NCBI GenBank assembly: GCA_965246885.1
Contig: OZ251992.1
Location: 2,656,001-2,720,000 of the forward strand
Length of the DNA stretch: 64,000 nucleotides
Origin: Abditibacterium sp.
GTDB taxonomy: Bacteria; Armatimonadota; Abditibacteriia; Abditibacteriales; Abditibacteriaceae
Reading direction: 5' to 3'
Position numbers and translations under genes: made by a program. The notes below the pieces were generated by a model. That model saw only the letters and a list, made by a program, of their open reading frames with translations. It ran no database searches and had not been told where the DNA came from. Positions 35,588-45,805 of this stretch are shown here, piece after piece. Positions within the stretch are counted from its first letter, which is position 1. Each line of letters opens with the position of its first letter.

Positions 35588-37261
35588 ATGAAAGGGATGC
35601 TGCTTTTCTCGCCGCTTGCGCGCTGGATTTTCCACGCGCAGTATTGGCTGCTCATACATGGCTACTTTTGGCTGGGGCTGAACTTGCCGCGCTTGTTGCG
35701 CTGGGCGGCGCTGGGTGTAGTGCCGCTCTTGTGGCTGCTGGCTCACGCGCGCGAGGTGTTTTTACTGTGGGTGTTCCCGGCGCGGGCGGGGCGCTTGGCA
35801 CGGCAGGGGCAAACCGAAAAGGCGATACGGACGCTGCGCCGCTCGGTGGATTCGTGGACTCCCCTGCTGGGCACGCGCCCACATTTCAATCTGCGCTTGT
35901 ATAAGCTGGCGCAGATGCTCGAAAACGCGCGGCGGCACGGCGAAGCGTGCGATGCGTGGGAGCGGTTGGCCAATCGGCCCGCGCTTCCGGCGGGTTTCGA
36001 GGCCGACATCCGCAAGCGGTGGGCGAACAACTTGGAGAATACGGGCGACTTCGACGGTGCCGCGCGCCAACGGGCACTGGCCGACGACCGCTTGGGGCAG
36101 ACCGAAGCCAAGGGCGGCGGGGACGATTGGTCGGTGCTTTTTGAGCGCGGCAAAGCGGCCAAGGAAGCGCACCGCTACGACGAGGCGCTCGCCCTATTGG
36201 AGCGGGCGTTGGCGGCGCCCAAACCGGGGGCACTACCCGCCAAAGTGAAGGAAGTCAACGTCGAAATTGCGTCGCGCGTCGCACTTTCGGCGCACTCGGC
36301 GGGACGCAACGAGCGCGCCGAAAGTGCCGCGCGCTGGGTGGTGGAGCAAGCGCACTCCCCGTTCTGGCGCGGGATGGGAGCGCAAACCCTCGCCCTCGCG
36401 CTGGGCACGCTCAATCGCCTGCCCGAAGCGCTGGGAGCGTCGGAGGTGGCTATTGCCTCGCTCACCGAAGCCGGACAGGAGGGGCCACTCAACGAAGCGC
36501 GTGCCCACAACGCGCTGTTGCTGGAGCAGTCCGGTCAAGTGACGGCGGCGCTCGCGCAGTGTGAAGCGGTCGCGGCGGCGGGGTCGCAAACCTCGCGCAC
36601 GGCGCTGCATGTGGCGAGCAATTGTCATCTGCTACTGGGCGACTACGCGGCGGCGCGCGAGATGTTGGAGCGGGCGCGCAGGGTGCCGCCGTTTATCACC
36701 CCTGCCGCCGAGCGGCACATGCAAGGGTTGCTGGACATGGAAGGGGCGCATATCGAAACGAGCGCGACGCGGCGGGCAAATGAAGACCGCGCAAGTGCGG
36801 CGTGGGACTTGTTGCAGCGCGCCAAGCCCGGCATTGCGGGGTTTGAGCGGATCGAGTGCTGGCACTTCGCCGCCGAAGCGGTGGTGTTGGCCCAACTGGG
36901 GCAAACCGACGCGGCGCGGGCGCGTGTTCCCGACATCGAGGCGAAACTGGCCGCTCACCCGGACGATGTGGCGACGGTGCGGGCGCTGTGGAGCCAGTTG
37001 GCGTTGCTGCACGCGGCATTGGGGGAGCATGCGGACGCGGCGAAGTGGTGGCGCATGTATGTGGAAAGCCCCACCGTTCGCCCGGTTTATCGGGCCGAGG
37101 GGTGGTATGAGTGCGGCGTCTCACTGCAGGCGTTGGGCGACGAAGCAGGGGCGCGGCGCTGCTTTGGGGAAGTGGTGGCGCTGGGCTTCGACATCGCCGC
37201 AACCAGTCGCGCAAGGGCGGCGCTGGGAGGCGACACCCCGGCGTCTACTTCCGAGAAGTAG
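35588..37261 (+). CDS. Membrane-anchored tetratricopeptide repeat protein
   Basis: N-terminal TM segments, then repeated TPR-like helix pairs (G...EA...LERAL, LG....AR.....). Confidence 0.75.
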   Translation: MKGMLLFSPLARWIFHAQYWLLIHGYFWLGLNLPRLLRWAALGVVPLLWLLAHAREVFLLWVFPARAGRLARQGQTEKAIRTLRRSVDSWTPLLGTRPHFNLRLYKLAQMLENARRHGEACDAWERLANRPALPAGFEADIRKRWANNLENTGDFDGAARQRALADDRLGQTEAKGGGDDWSVLFERGKAAKEAHRYDEALALLERALAAPKPGALPAKVKEVNVEIASRVALSAHSAGRNERAESAARWVVEQAHSPFWRGMGAQTLALALGTLNRLPEALGASEVAIASLTEAGQEGPLNEARAHNALLLEQSGQVTAALAQCEAVAAAGSQTSRTALHVASNCHLLLGDYAAAREMLERARRVPPFITPAAERHMQGLLDMEGAHIETSATRRANEDRASAAWDLLQRAKPGIAGFERIECWHFAAEAVVLAQLGQTDAARARVPDIEAKLAAHPDDVATVRALWSQLALLHAALGEHADAAKWWRMYVESPTVRPVYRAEGWYECGVSLQALGDEAGARRCFGEVVALGFDIAATSRARAALGGDTPASTSEK

Positions 37262-37306
37262 ACGCCGAAGAGGACTTAGCGGGTGCAATTGGTTAAAATT
37301 TGGGTG

Positions 37307-38080
37307 ATGATGAATCTCGCCGTTTTGGTGTTGGCCGCCGGGAAGGGCACGCGCATGGAGTCCGACCTGCCCAAAGTGCTGCACCCGCTCCGGGGACAAC
37401 CGCTCGTGGCCCATGTGCTCCGTGCCGCACTGATGCTCGAACCAGCCCGCCTCGTGTGCATCGTGGGGCACCGCGCGGAGTTAGTGGAAGCGGAAGTCCG
37501 GCGCGCGTTTCCGTCTGTTGAGTTTGTAAATCAGGGCGAGATGCTGGGCACGGGCCACGCTGTCTTGCAGGCCAAGGCCGCGCTGGGCGGTTTTGAGGGC
37601 GAGGTATTAGTGACGTGCGGCGACGCGCCGCTTTTGACGGGCGAGACGCTGTTCGATTTGGTCGAGCGCCGCCGTCAGGACGACGCCGGAGCCGCGATGC
37701 TGGTCGGGCGCTTGGATGACCCGGCGCGCTATGGCCGGGTGATAATGGGCGAGGGCGGCGAGGTGGAGAAGATAGTGGAGTGGAAGGACGCCTCTCCTGA
37801 TGAGCGCGCCGTCCAAACCGTGAACGCGGGCACGTATGTTTTTCGGTCGGGCGACCTATGGCGGCAACTGGCCCGCGTCACAAACGACAACGCGAGCGGG
37901 GAGTATTATCTGACCGACGTGATCGGTCTGCTGCGCGCCGACGGGCAGAAAGTGGTCGGGGGGTTAGTGAGCGAGCGCGAGATGACGGGGATCAACACGC
38001 GCGCGGAACTGGCACAGTTGGAAGCGCAACTCGCTGAGGAAGAGCGTTTGGCGGCGGAAAACGAGGCGGTGCCGTCATGA
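37307..38080 (+). CDS. glmU: GlmU uridyltransferase (N-terminal) domain only
   Basis: LAAGKGTRMES.LPKVLH, QGEMLGTGHAV, GDAPL, YGRV, IVEWKDA, NAG.Y, EYYLTD, GINTR; ends with no hexapeptide domain; ATGA overlap with prs. Confidence 0.85.
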   Translation: MMNLAVLVLAAGKGTRMESDLPKVLHPLRGQPLVAHVLRAALMLEPARLVCIVGHRAELVEAEVRRAFPSVEFVNQGEMLGTGHAVLQAKAALGGFEGEVLVTCGDAPLLTGETLFDLVERRRQDDAGAAMLVGRLDDPARYGRVIMGEGGEVEKIVEWKDASPDERAVQTVNAGTYVFRSGDLWRQLARVTNDNASGEYYLTDVIGLLRADGQKVVGGLVSEREMTGINTRAELAQLEAQLAEEERLAAENEAVPS

Positions 38081-39099
38081 GCGACCACAAGAACGAACTG
38101 CGCACCGAGCAGATACGTGGCGGCGCCTTCGCCCTCGATGGACAAACCATCAAGATTTTTGCGGGTAACGCCAACCCCAAGCTCGCGCACGATGTCGCCG
38201 ACTTGCTTGGTCTGCCGCTTGGCGAAATGATGATCACCCGCTTTGCCGATGGCGAACTGCGCTGCGCCATCAACGAGTCCATCCGGGGCGCGGACGTGTT
38301 CATCATCCAACCCACCTGCGCGCCCGTCAACGACACGCTCATGGAACTTTTGATTTTGTGCGACGCTTTCAAACGCGCTTCGGCCAACCGCATCGTTCCC
38401 ATCGTGCCCTACTTCGGCTACGCCCGCCAAGACAAAAAAGTCCGCCCGCGCGAACCCATCACCGCCAAGTTAGTCGCCAACATGATCGAGCACGCGGGCG
38501 CTGACCGCATCTTCGTCATAGACCTCCATGCCGGACAGATACAGGGGTTCTTCGACATCCCCGTTGACCACCTGCCCGGCCAACCGCTTATCGCCGACTA
38601 CCTGCGCGGCAAGGGCGTGTGCGGCAAGGGCGTCACCGTTGTCTCACCCGATGTCGGCGGCGTCGAACGCGCCACGATTTTAGCGGAAAAGCTCAGTTCC
38701 GAACTGGCCATTGTCGCCAAGCGCCGCCCCGAACCGGGGAAGGTCAAGGTCGTCGAGGTCATCGGCCAAATCGAGGGGCAAGTGTGCGTGCTCATTGACG
38801 ACATGATTGATTCGGGCGGCACCTTCGTCGCGGCAGCGCAGGAACTCGCCAGTCGCGGTGCGACGAAAATCTATGGCTGTGCCACGCACGGCGTCCTGTC
38901 GGGCGACGCCATCCGCCGCATCCGCGATTCGGAAATCGAAGAGTTAGTTATCACCGACACCATTCCCATCGCGCCCGACCGCCGTATCTCCAAGATCACC
39001 CAACTGAGCGTTGCCAAAGTGTGCGCCGAAGCCATCGTGCGCATCCATCAAAACGAGTCCGTGTCCACCATGTTCGACGCCGTCTGGTCTGGCCAGTAA
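38077..39099 (+). CDS. prs: Ribose-phosphate pyrophosphokinase
   Basis: FADGE, PYFGYARQDKK, DLHAGQIQGFF, VSPDVGG, DDMIDSGGT, THGVLSG. Confidence 0.97.
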   Translation: MSDHKNELRTEQIRGGAFALDGQTIKIFAGNANPKLAHDVADLLGLPLGEMMITRFADGELRCAINESIRGADVFIIQPTCAPVNDTLMELLILCDAFKRASANRIVPIVPYFGYARQDKKVRPREPITAKLVANMIEHAGADRIFVIDLHAGQIQGFFDIPVDHLPGQPLIADYLRGKGVCGKGVTVVSPDVGGVERATILAEKLSSELAIVAKRRPEPGKVKVVEVIGQIEGQVCVLIDDMIDSGGTFVAAAQELASRGATKIYGCATHGVLSGDAIRRIRDSEIEELVITDTIPIAPDRRISKITQLSVAKVCAEAIVRIHQNESVSTMFDAVWSGQ

Positions 39100-39120
39100 G
39101 AAGAAGCAGGAGAAACCGCC

Positions 39121-39537
39121 ATGAAAATCGTCCGCGCCGTCTTGGGAGTATCAGCCATTTTGTTCGTGGTCTTTGCGGTGGGCGCCGTGCGGGGCACGTT
39201 GCCGGGACGCAATTACTGGCATGCGCGCGACGTCGCGGCGAACGTCAAGACGGCGATTCCGCTTGGTTCGACGCCCGCGCAAGTGCAAACTTACCTTGAT
39301 GCGCAGGGGATGCAAGGCAGCTTTATGGATGCCCGCAACGCCGGTTTCAACTCCGACTTCTTGTTTCTGAACACTCCGGCATGGCGCAAAGCCAACGTCG
39401 GCGGCACGACTTACGCCACGCTCCCTTGGCAAACATGGGGCGTGATGGCGCAAAACGGGCTGCAAATCACTTTTGTTTTCGACAAGCGGCGCTTGTTGTC
39501 TCACATACTGATCAACCGCTCCAGCAACGGTTATTGA
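39121..39537 (+). CDS. Hypothetical exported or membrane-anchored protein
   Basis: AGGAG RBS; N-terminal hydrophobic helix. Confidence 0.65.
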   Translation: MKIVRAVLGVSAILFVVFAVGAVRGTLPGRNYWHARDVAANVKTAIPLGSTPAQVQTYLDAQGMQGSFMDARNAGFNSDFLFLNTPAWRKANVGGTTYATLPWQTWGVMAQNGLQITFVFDKRRLLSHILINRSSNGY

Positions 39538-39567
39538 AGCGCAGGGTTTCAACCCCAAGGAGCCACC

Positions 39568-40596
39568 ATGCCCCAACCCCTCGAAGCCCCTTTGCTCGCC
39601 CAACTGCGCGACGGCGATTCTTTCGCCGAAGGCGTGTGGCGCTTGTCCAACGTCGCGTATAAGCAAGGCAAAAGCGGCCCGTTCCTGACCTGCCAACTGA
39701 CGGACTCGACGGGCGTGCGGTCGGCCAAGGCGTGGAAAGTTTCGCCCCACCAAGCCGAACTTCTGGAGCAGGCGGCGTTCATCAAAGCGTGGGGCCGGGT
39801 GGACGACGCCGCGCAATACGCGGGGCAACTCATCATCGAAAAGTTTGTGCCGTTGGAAAGCGTCGAGGACACGGCGCGCTTCGAGATGCCCCTACCGGGC
39901 GACCACCGCGCGCACCAGTCCCGCTTTTTTACACTTGTCACCTCGGTGCGTCGCACCGAGTTAGCAGCGCTCCTGCGCCATCTTTTCCGCAAGGAAGCCG
40001 ACCTTTGGGCGCGCTTCCAGAACGCCCCCGCCGCCGTCGCCATGCACCACAACTATCGCGGCGGCCTCTTGGAACATTCCGGCGAGGTCGCTCTTTTGTG
40101 CGACCGGGTAGCGGGAGCGCTTCCCGGCGTTGACCGCGATTTGCTCGTCACCGCCGCCCTCCTCCACGACGTCGGCAAAGTCGAGGAGCTACTCTGCGAC
40201 TTCGATACGGGCGCCATCACCTATTCCCACGAGGGAGAACTGATTGGCCATGTGGTGCTCGGCGCTCAGATGATCGGCGCCGCCGCCGATGCCCTGCCCG
40301 ACTTTCCCTTGCGCTTGCGCACGGAACTTACGCACCTGATTTTAAGTCATCACGGCGAACCCGAATGGGGCGCCGCGCGCCGCCCGATGTGCGCCGAAGC
40401 GCTCATCCTCAGTCAGTGCGACCACCTCAGCGCCAAGTTCGCCGCCTGCAAAAGCTGCGGCGAGAGTGCCAAAGAAGCCGACTTCGCCCGCGCCCAAGGC
40501 TGGCACGGCCAGCCCAACACCCCCCAAAACCGCATCTACGTCGGACGCTTGCGCGAACTCAAGCCCGCGCCCTTGCCCACAGATGAACACGGCTGA
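39568..40596 (+). CDS. YhaM-family 3'-5' exoribonuclease (OB fold plus HD)
   Basis: GPFLT..LTDSTG...AKAW; APAA..MHHNY.GGLLEH; LLHDVGK; G.LIGH; HLILSHHG..EWG. Confidence 0.88.
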   Translation: MPQPLEAPLLAQLRDGDSFAEGVWRLSNVAYKQGKSGPFLTCQLTDSTGVRSAKAWKVSPHQAELLEQAAFIKAWGRVDDAAQYAGQLIIEKFVPLESVEDTARFEMPLPGDHRAHQSRFFTLVTSVRRTELAALLRHLFRKEADLWARFQNAPAAVAMHHNYRGGLLEHSGEVALLCDRVAGALPGVDRDLLVTAALLHDVGKVEELLCDFDTGAITYSHEGELIGHVVLGAQMIGAAADALPDFPLRLRTELTHLILSHHGEPEWGAARRPMCAEALILSQCDHLSAKFAACKSCGESAKEADFARAQGWHGQPNTPQNRIYVGRLRELKPAPLPTDEHG

Positions 40597-40614
40597 GGCG
40601 CCTACACTGCCTTC

Positions 40615-41007
40615 ATGCCCATTCACCGCGCGACGGAAGACGTTGAACTTGTTATCGGCGAGAAGCGCGTCATTGAAGCGCCCGCGCCCGACGGCCCCTT
40701 CGTCGTCGCGTTCGAGGACGACGGCGAGACCGGCTACTTTTACGCGTGCGAAAAGGGCGCGCCGACCTTTATCCAAGACGCGGTGCACATCTACAACGTC
40801 GCGCAGTCAGGGCATATGGCGCCGATGGGCCTCGACATCTTCTGGTCGAGCGACCACCACGTCGCCGCCCTGTTCATCGAGCGCGTCGCCCACGCCGTTT
40901 TCGACTTCGGCGGCAAGCGCGGCTGGTGCCGCTCCGCTTTCCCCGCTCCCGCCCCCGACTGGAACGGCCACGAGTGGGACGAGGCGTGCTTGGAGTTGTT
41001 GGTTTAA
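40615..41007 (+). CDS. DUF2251-like protein
   Basis: VAFEDDGETGYFYA, DAVHIYNV, HAVFDF..KRGWCR..FP....W..H.W. Confidence 0.8.
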   Translation: MPIHRATEDVELVIGEKRVIEAPAPDGPFVVAFEDDGETGYFYACEKGAPTFIQDAVHIYNVAQSGHMAPMGLDIFWSSDHHVAALFIERVAHAVFDFGGKRGWCRSAFPAPAPDWNGHEWDEACLELLV

Positions 41008-41013
41008 ACCCCG

Positions 41014-41877
41014 ATGAAAATCGCTTCCTTGATCCCATCGGGCACCGACATCGCGTGCGCGTTAGGGCTGGCGCCCATGCTGGTGGCCGTGTCGCACGAG
41101 TGCGACCATCCCGCCGCGCGCGGGTTGCCCATCGTCACGCGCTCGGTCATTGATTCGAGCCTGCCGCCCGCACAGATAGACGCCGATGTCAACGCTGCCG
41201 TCGAAGCGGGCCAGTCGCTGTATCTGACAAACCGCGAACTGCTCCGTGCCCTCGCGCCCGACGTAGTGCTAACGCAGACCATCTGCGACGTATGCGCCGT
41301 TAACTCCGATACGGCGCGCGCGTCGCTCCCTCCGCACGCGCAGTTGGTCAACCTGTCGGCGACGAGCTTCGCGGGCTTGTGGGCCGATTTGCGCGCCGTC
41401 GCCGACGCGACGGGGACGGACGCGGAGCCGCTTATTGAATCGTTCCGAGCGCGTTTGGAAGCGATACAGCGCGCGACCGCATCAAGCGCCGCGCCGCGCG
41501 TGCTGGTGTTGGAGTGGACGGAGCCGCCGTTTCTCGGTGGGCATTGGGTGCCTGAGATGGTGTCACTCGCGGGCGGGCAACATGTCCTAAGCGGCGCGGG
41601 AGAAGCGTCGCGGCGCGCCACGTGGGACGAAATCCGCGCCGCGCGCCCGGAGTTCGTGGTATTAGCGCCGTGCGGTTATGACTTGGCGCAAACTCTGGAA
41701 CAGGGCCGCGCCATTCGGGAAGAACTCGCCACTCTGGGCGCCCGCGAAGTGTGGGCGACGAACGCGACAGCGTTCTTCTCGCGTTGCACACCCGCGTCGG
41801 TGAATGGCGTGGAGATGCTATCGGCCATCTTTGCGGGGGCATACGAGGGCGCAGATGCGGCGCGGCTTGCCCTCTAA
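41014..41877 (+). CDS. BtuF-like (cobalamin/Fe-siderophore-binding fold) protein without a signal peptide
   Basis: MKIASLIPSGTDI..ALG....VAVSHECD.P; TQ..CDVCAV; LEW..PPF.GGHWVPEMV..AGG; PCGYD. Confidence 0.85.
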   Translation: MKIASLIPSGTDIACALGLAPMLVAVSHECDHPAARGLPIVTRSVIDSSLPPAQIDADVNAAVEAGQSLYLTNRELLRALAPDVVLTQTICDVCAVNSDTARASLPPHAQLVNLSATSFAGLWADLRAVADATGTDAEPLIESFRARLEAIQRATASSAAPRVLVLEWTEPPFLGGHWVPEMVSLAGGQHVLSGAGEASRRATWDEIRAARPEFVVLAPCGYDLAQTLEQGRAIREELATLGAREVWATNATAFFSRCTPASVNGVEMLSAIFAGAYEGADAARLAL

Positions 41878-41889
41878 CATCCCGCAACA

Positions 41890-41933
41890 ACGCGGGGGCG
41901 CCAAGGGCAATGAACCACTTGGCGCCTCCGCGT
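41890..41933. repeat. Hairpin between convergent genes (REP-like or terminator)
   Basis: ACGCGGGGGCGCCAAG pairs with CTTGGCGCCTCCGCGT. Confidence 0.6.
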
Positions 41934-41945
41934 CTCCGCGATAAC

Positions 41946-43934
41946 TTACAATCCGCGCGCGACTTCGACCAGATGCTCGCTCGTGATGCCCAGTTCCTTC
42001 ATGGCGGTGCCACCGGGAGCCGACAGGCCGAAGCGGTCAATGCCCACGACGGCGCCGCGCGCGCCGACGTACTTCCACCACAGGCCCGTCACGCCCGCTT
42101 CGATGGCGATGCGTTTGGTGACGGCGCGCGGCAGAACCGACTCGCGGTAGTCGGCGCTTTGGCGGTCGAAGCGCTCGGTGCAGGGCATCGAAACAACGCG
42201 GGTGCCCGCGCCCAACTGCTTGGCGGCGGCGACGGCGTGCTGGACTTCGCTGCCCGTTGCGAGCAGGATGGTGTCGAGAGCGGCGGTCTCTTTGACCAAG
42301 ACGTAGCCGCCCATCTCGACGCCTTCGCGCCGGGTTTGGCTGGAAGCGAAGGAAAGGTGCGGCACGTCTTGGCGGCTAAGCGCGAGAAGCGTCGGGCCGT
42401 CGTTGCGTCCCAAAGCGGCGAGGAAGGCGCCCGCCGTTTCCTCGGCGTCGGCGGGGCGGATGACATCGAGGTTGGGGATGAGGCGCAACGCCGACACGGT
42501 TTCGACGGGCTGGTGCGTCGGGCCGTCCTCGCCAACGCCCACGCTGTCGTGCGTGAAGATGTAAAGAACCGGCAAGTGCGCGAGCGAGGCGAGGCGAATC
42601 GAGGGGCGGCAGTAGTCGGCGAAGACGAGAAACGTCGCGCCGGAAGGACGGAACAAGCCGTCGTAGGCGATGCCGTTGAGGATCGCGCACATGCCGTGCT
42701 CGCGGATGCCGAACCAGATGTTGCGGCCCAGCACGTCCTGCTTGTTGTAGTCGTGGCCGCCCTTGATGTAGTTCTTAGTCGAGCCATACAAGTCGGCGCT
42801 GCCGGTGATGATGGAGGGCACGGCTTGCGCGAGGGCGTTGAAAATCTCGCCGCCACTGTTGCGCGTCGCGGCTTTGCCCTCGCCCTCGACGGCGGGGAGT
42901 CGGGCGCCCAAATCGGTGGGCAGGGTGCGCGTGAGGGCGGCGTCCAATTGCGCGGCCAAGTCTTTGTTCTCGATTTTCCAGCCGTCGAACATCTGCTGCC
43001 ACGTCGCGTGTTGAGCGGCTTTGTGCTGGCCGACTTCGTCGAAGTAGGCGCGCACTTCGGGCGACACGTAGAAGTGTTCGTCGGCGGGCAGGTGGAGATA
43101 TTCGCGGGCGGCGTCTATGAATTTGGCGCCCGCTTCGCCGTGCGCTTTTTGGGTGCCCTTGATTTCGGCGATGCCGCGCCCGATTTCGGTCTTGGCGATA
43201 ATGAGTTTGGGGCGCCCGTTGTCTTTGGCCTTGGCGTGTTCGATGGCGGCGTGGATTTCGTGGAAGTCGTGCCCGTTAATGGTATGCACGTCCCATTCCA
43301 GCGCCTCGAACTCCTTGGCTTTGTCCTCGGACTGGGTGATTTCGGCCATTGCGTCGAGGGTTACGCCGTTGGCGTCCCAGATAAGGATGAGGTTGTCCAA
43401 CCCGTTATGCCCCGCGAAAGTAACCGATTCGAGCGCGACGCCCTCTTGCAAACAGCCGTCGCCGCACAAGCAGACGACGTGGTAGTCGAGAATCTTCGCT
43501 TGCGCGGTGTTGTAGAGCGTTTGGGCGCGCTTGGCGGAAAGGGCGTAGCCAACGGCGTTGCCGACGCCTTGTCCGAGCGGCCCGGTAGTTGCCTCGACGC
43601 CATCGGTTTCGCCGAACTCCGGGTGTCCGGGGGTTTTGGAGTGCAACTGGCGGAAATTGGACAAGTCGTCGGCGGATAGATCATAGCCCGCGATATGGAG
43701 CCACGAATACAGAAACATCGAGCCGTGCCCGGCGGATAGAATGAACCGGTCGCGGTTAAGCCACTTGGGGTTTTTGGGATCGTATTGCAAGGCGGCGCCC
43801 CACAGCGTCGCGCCGATTTCGGCGCAGCCGAGCGGCAGGCCAAGGTGCCCGGAGTTGGACTTGTGGACGGCGTCCATAGCCAAGCCGCGCGCTTGGTTGG
43901 CGGCTTGTTCGAGAAGCGGAATGTTCATTTCCAT
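41946..43934 (-). CDS. tkt: Transketolase
   Basis: [59 protein letters not shown]. Confidence 0.97.
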   Translation of the reverse strand: MEMNIPLLEQAANQARGLAMDAVHKSNSGHLGLPLGCAEIGATLWGAALQYDPKNPKWLNRDRFILSAGHGSMFLYSWLHIAGYDLSADDLSNFRQLHSKTPGHPEFGETDGVEATTGPLGQGVGNAVGYALSAKRAQTLYNTAQAKILDYHVVCLCGDGCLQEGVALESVTFAGHNGLDNLILIWDANGVTLDAMAEITQSEDKAKEFEALEWDVHTINGHDFHEIHAAIEHAKAKDNGRPKLIIAKTEIGRGIAEIKGTQKAHGEAGAKFIDAAREYLHLPADEHFYVSPEVRAYFDEVGQHKAAQHATWQQMFDGWKIENKDLAAQLDAALTRTLPTDLGARLPAVEGEGKAATRNSGGEIFNALAQAVPSIITGSADLYGSTKNYIKGGHDYNKQDVLGRNIWFGIREHGMCAILNGIAYDGLFRPSGATFLVFADYCRPSIRLASLAHLPVLYIFTHDSVGVGEDGPTHQPVETVSALRLIPNLDVIRPADAEETAGAFLAALGRNDGPTLLALSRQDVPHLSFASSQTRREGVEMGGYVLVKETAALDTILLATGSEVQHAVAAAKQLGAGTRVVSMPCTERFDRQSADYRESVLPRAVTKRIAIEAGVTGLWWKYVGARGAVVGIDRFGLSAPGGTAMKELGITSEHLVEVARGL

Positions 43935-44000
43935 GATTTCGTGCGCGCCCAGTTTGCCGCAAAGGGAGGGCCATGCGCCAAACCCCGTAAAATTTTAGGT

Positions 44001-45410
44001 ATGTCCCGTCCGTCACCGTCCTATTCCCTCACGCTTCGCATCGAATATCCCAACCAAGTCGGCATGCTGGGCCGCATCACCTCGCTCGTGGGCGAGATGG
44101 GCGGCGACATCGGCGCCATTGATATTGTCCAAACGACCAAGGGCGCCATGACGCGCGACATCACCTTTTCGGCGTCCGACATCGCGCATGGCGAGGAGAT
44201 CATCCGCGCCGTCCGGCAAGTCGAGGACGTGGACGTGGTGGGCGTGTCCGACCGCACCTTTCTGATGCACTTGGGCGGCAAGCTGGAAGTGCACCCCAAG
44301 CACCCCATCAAAACGCGCGACGACGTTTCCATGCTCTACACCCCCGGCGTGTCGCGCATCGTCGAGAAGATCGTCGAGAACGCCGACGACGCTTGGAACT
44401 TGACTATTAAGAAGAACTTCGTCGCCGTCGTGACCGACGGGAGCGAGGTGCTTGGGCTGGGCGCGGCAGGCCCGCAAGCGGCGCTTCCCGTCATGGAAGC
44501 CAAGGCCATCCTACTGCGCGAGTTCGCCGGGGTGGACGGCTTTCCGCTTCCGCTCAACGTCCAAGGCGACGACGAATTTGTGGCGGCAGTCAAGGCGATT
44601 GCGCCCAGTTTCGGCGCCATTCACCTCGAAGACATCCGCGCGCCGCGCTGTTTCCGCTTGGAAAAACGCCTGAGCGAGGCGCTGGACATCCCCGTCTTTC
44701 ACAACGACCAACACGGCACCGCCATTGTCGCGCTCGCTGGGCTAATGAACGCCCTCAAACTCGTCGGCAAAGACGCTGTAAGGCTGCGCGTCGTCATCAA
44801 CGGGGCGGAAGCGGCGGGCGTGGCGACGGCGACCTTGCTGCGCTCGTTTGGCGTGCGCGACATTATCGTGTGCGACGAAGACGGCATCCTCAGCCGCACC
44901 CAAAGCGACGAAACGCTGTATGACCTCGCGCAAACCACCAACCCGCGCGCCGTCGCGGGCACCATCGAAGACGCCTTGAAGGGAGCCGACGTGCTACTCG
45001 GCTTCGGGCGCCGCCGCGTCCTCGAACCGGCCTCGGTTGCCGCCATGAACGCCGACCCGATTGTGTTCGCAATGGCCAACCCGTATCCCGAAGTCGAACC
45101 CGCCGGAATTGAGCGCATCGCCCGCGTCATTGCGACCGGCAAATCGGATTTCCCCAACCAAATCAACAACATGCTCGCCTTTCCCGGCGTGTTTCGCGGT
45201 CTGCTCGATTCGCGCGCGCGCGGCGTCAACGACGCCATGAAATTAGCCGCCGCCTCAGCCATCGCGGGCGTCGTGGGCGCCGACGAACTCAACGAGGATT
45301 ACATCATCCCCAGCGTTTTCAACCGCCGCGTCGCCCCCGCCGTTGGCCGCGCCGTCGCCAAAGCCGCGCAGGAAACGGGCTTGGCCCGCCGCGTAAGTCG
45401 CATTGCGTAA
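44001..45410 (+). CDS. NAD(P)-dependent malic enzyme with N-terminal ACT domain
   Basis: ACT (PNQVGMLGRI); YTPGV, VVTDG..VLGLG, PVMEAK, LEDI.AP.CF, DQHGTA, AMANP.PE, NQINN.LAFPG.FRG. Confidence 0.93.
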   Translation: MSRPSPSYSLTLRIEYPNQVGMLGRITSLVGEMGGDIGAIDIVQTTKGAMTRDITFSASDIAHGEEIIRAVRQVEDVDVVGVSDRTFLMHLGGKLEVHPKHPIKTRDDVSMLYTPGVSRIVEKIVENADDAWNLTIKKNFVAVVTDGSEVLGLGAAGPQAALPVMEAKAILLREFAGVDGFPLPLNVQGDDEFVAAVKAIAPSFGAIHLEDIRAPRCFRLEKRLSEALDIPVFHNDQHGTAIVALAGLMNALKLVGKDAVRLRVVINGAEAAGVATATLLRSFGVRDIIVCDEDGILSRTQSDETLYDLAQTTNPRAVAGTIEDALKGADVLLGFGRRRVLEPASVAAMNADPIVFAMANPYPEVEPAGIERIARVIATGKSDFPNQINNMLAFPGVFRGLLDSRARGVNDAMKLAAASAIAGVVGADELNEDYIIPSVFNRRVAPAVGRAVAKAAQETGLARRVSRIA

Positions 45411-45431
45411 ATTTTAACGGGAGTTCCAATC

Positions 45432-45638
45432 ATGCCATTCAAACCAACGCTCCGCGCCCTATCCAACCCGGAAGTCGGCGCACGCAAGAACGTCTGAAAA
45501 GAGAAACCGGATGCCTTCGTCGCGGAGTTGGAAGAGATTAACCGGCAAATGGCCGCCGACCAAGCGGAGAGCGAGCGTATAGGGGCACGCATAGACGCCA
45601 ACCTCACCCGAATCAAAGAGATTTGGGGGACAAAGTAG
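45432..45638 (+). pseudogene. Small helical ORF interrupted by an in-frame TGA
   Basis: GGGAG RBS; MPFKPTLRALSNPEVGARKNV*KEKPDAFVAELEEINRQMAADQAESERIGARIDANLTRIKEIWGTK*; TGA at 45495-45497. Confidence 0.5.
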
Positions 45639-45663
45639 CCCTGTGGAAAGGTGTCTGGGAAGC

Positions 45664-45743
45664 CGTCATCCTGAGCCTGCGAATGATCTACAATCACGCC
45701 ATCCGCTCAGGAACTGTAGCCCCTTCGCAGGCTCAGGATGACG
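45664..45743. repeat. REP-like element GTCATCCTGAGC...GCTCAGGATGAC
   Basis: Perfect 20-bp inverted repeat (45664-45683 and 45724-45743). Confidence 0.85.
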
Positions 45744-45805
45744 ATGTTTGCGACTTGGCGTGATGAAGAGTTGCGGCTACAGTTATTAAGGGCAAGCGAA
45801 TCCTC

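Noticed and set aside
41751..43679. 642-aa plus-strand ORF and other long antisense ORFs (21852-23723, 26422-27768, 29445-30749)
   Set aside because: Shadow ORFs of GC-rich genes on the opposite strand, with no recognisable motifs.
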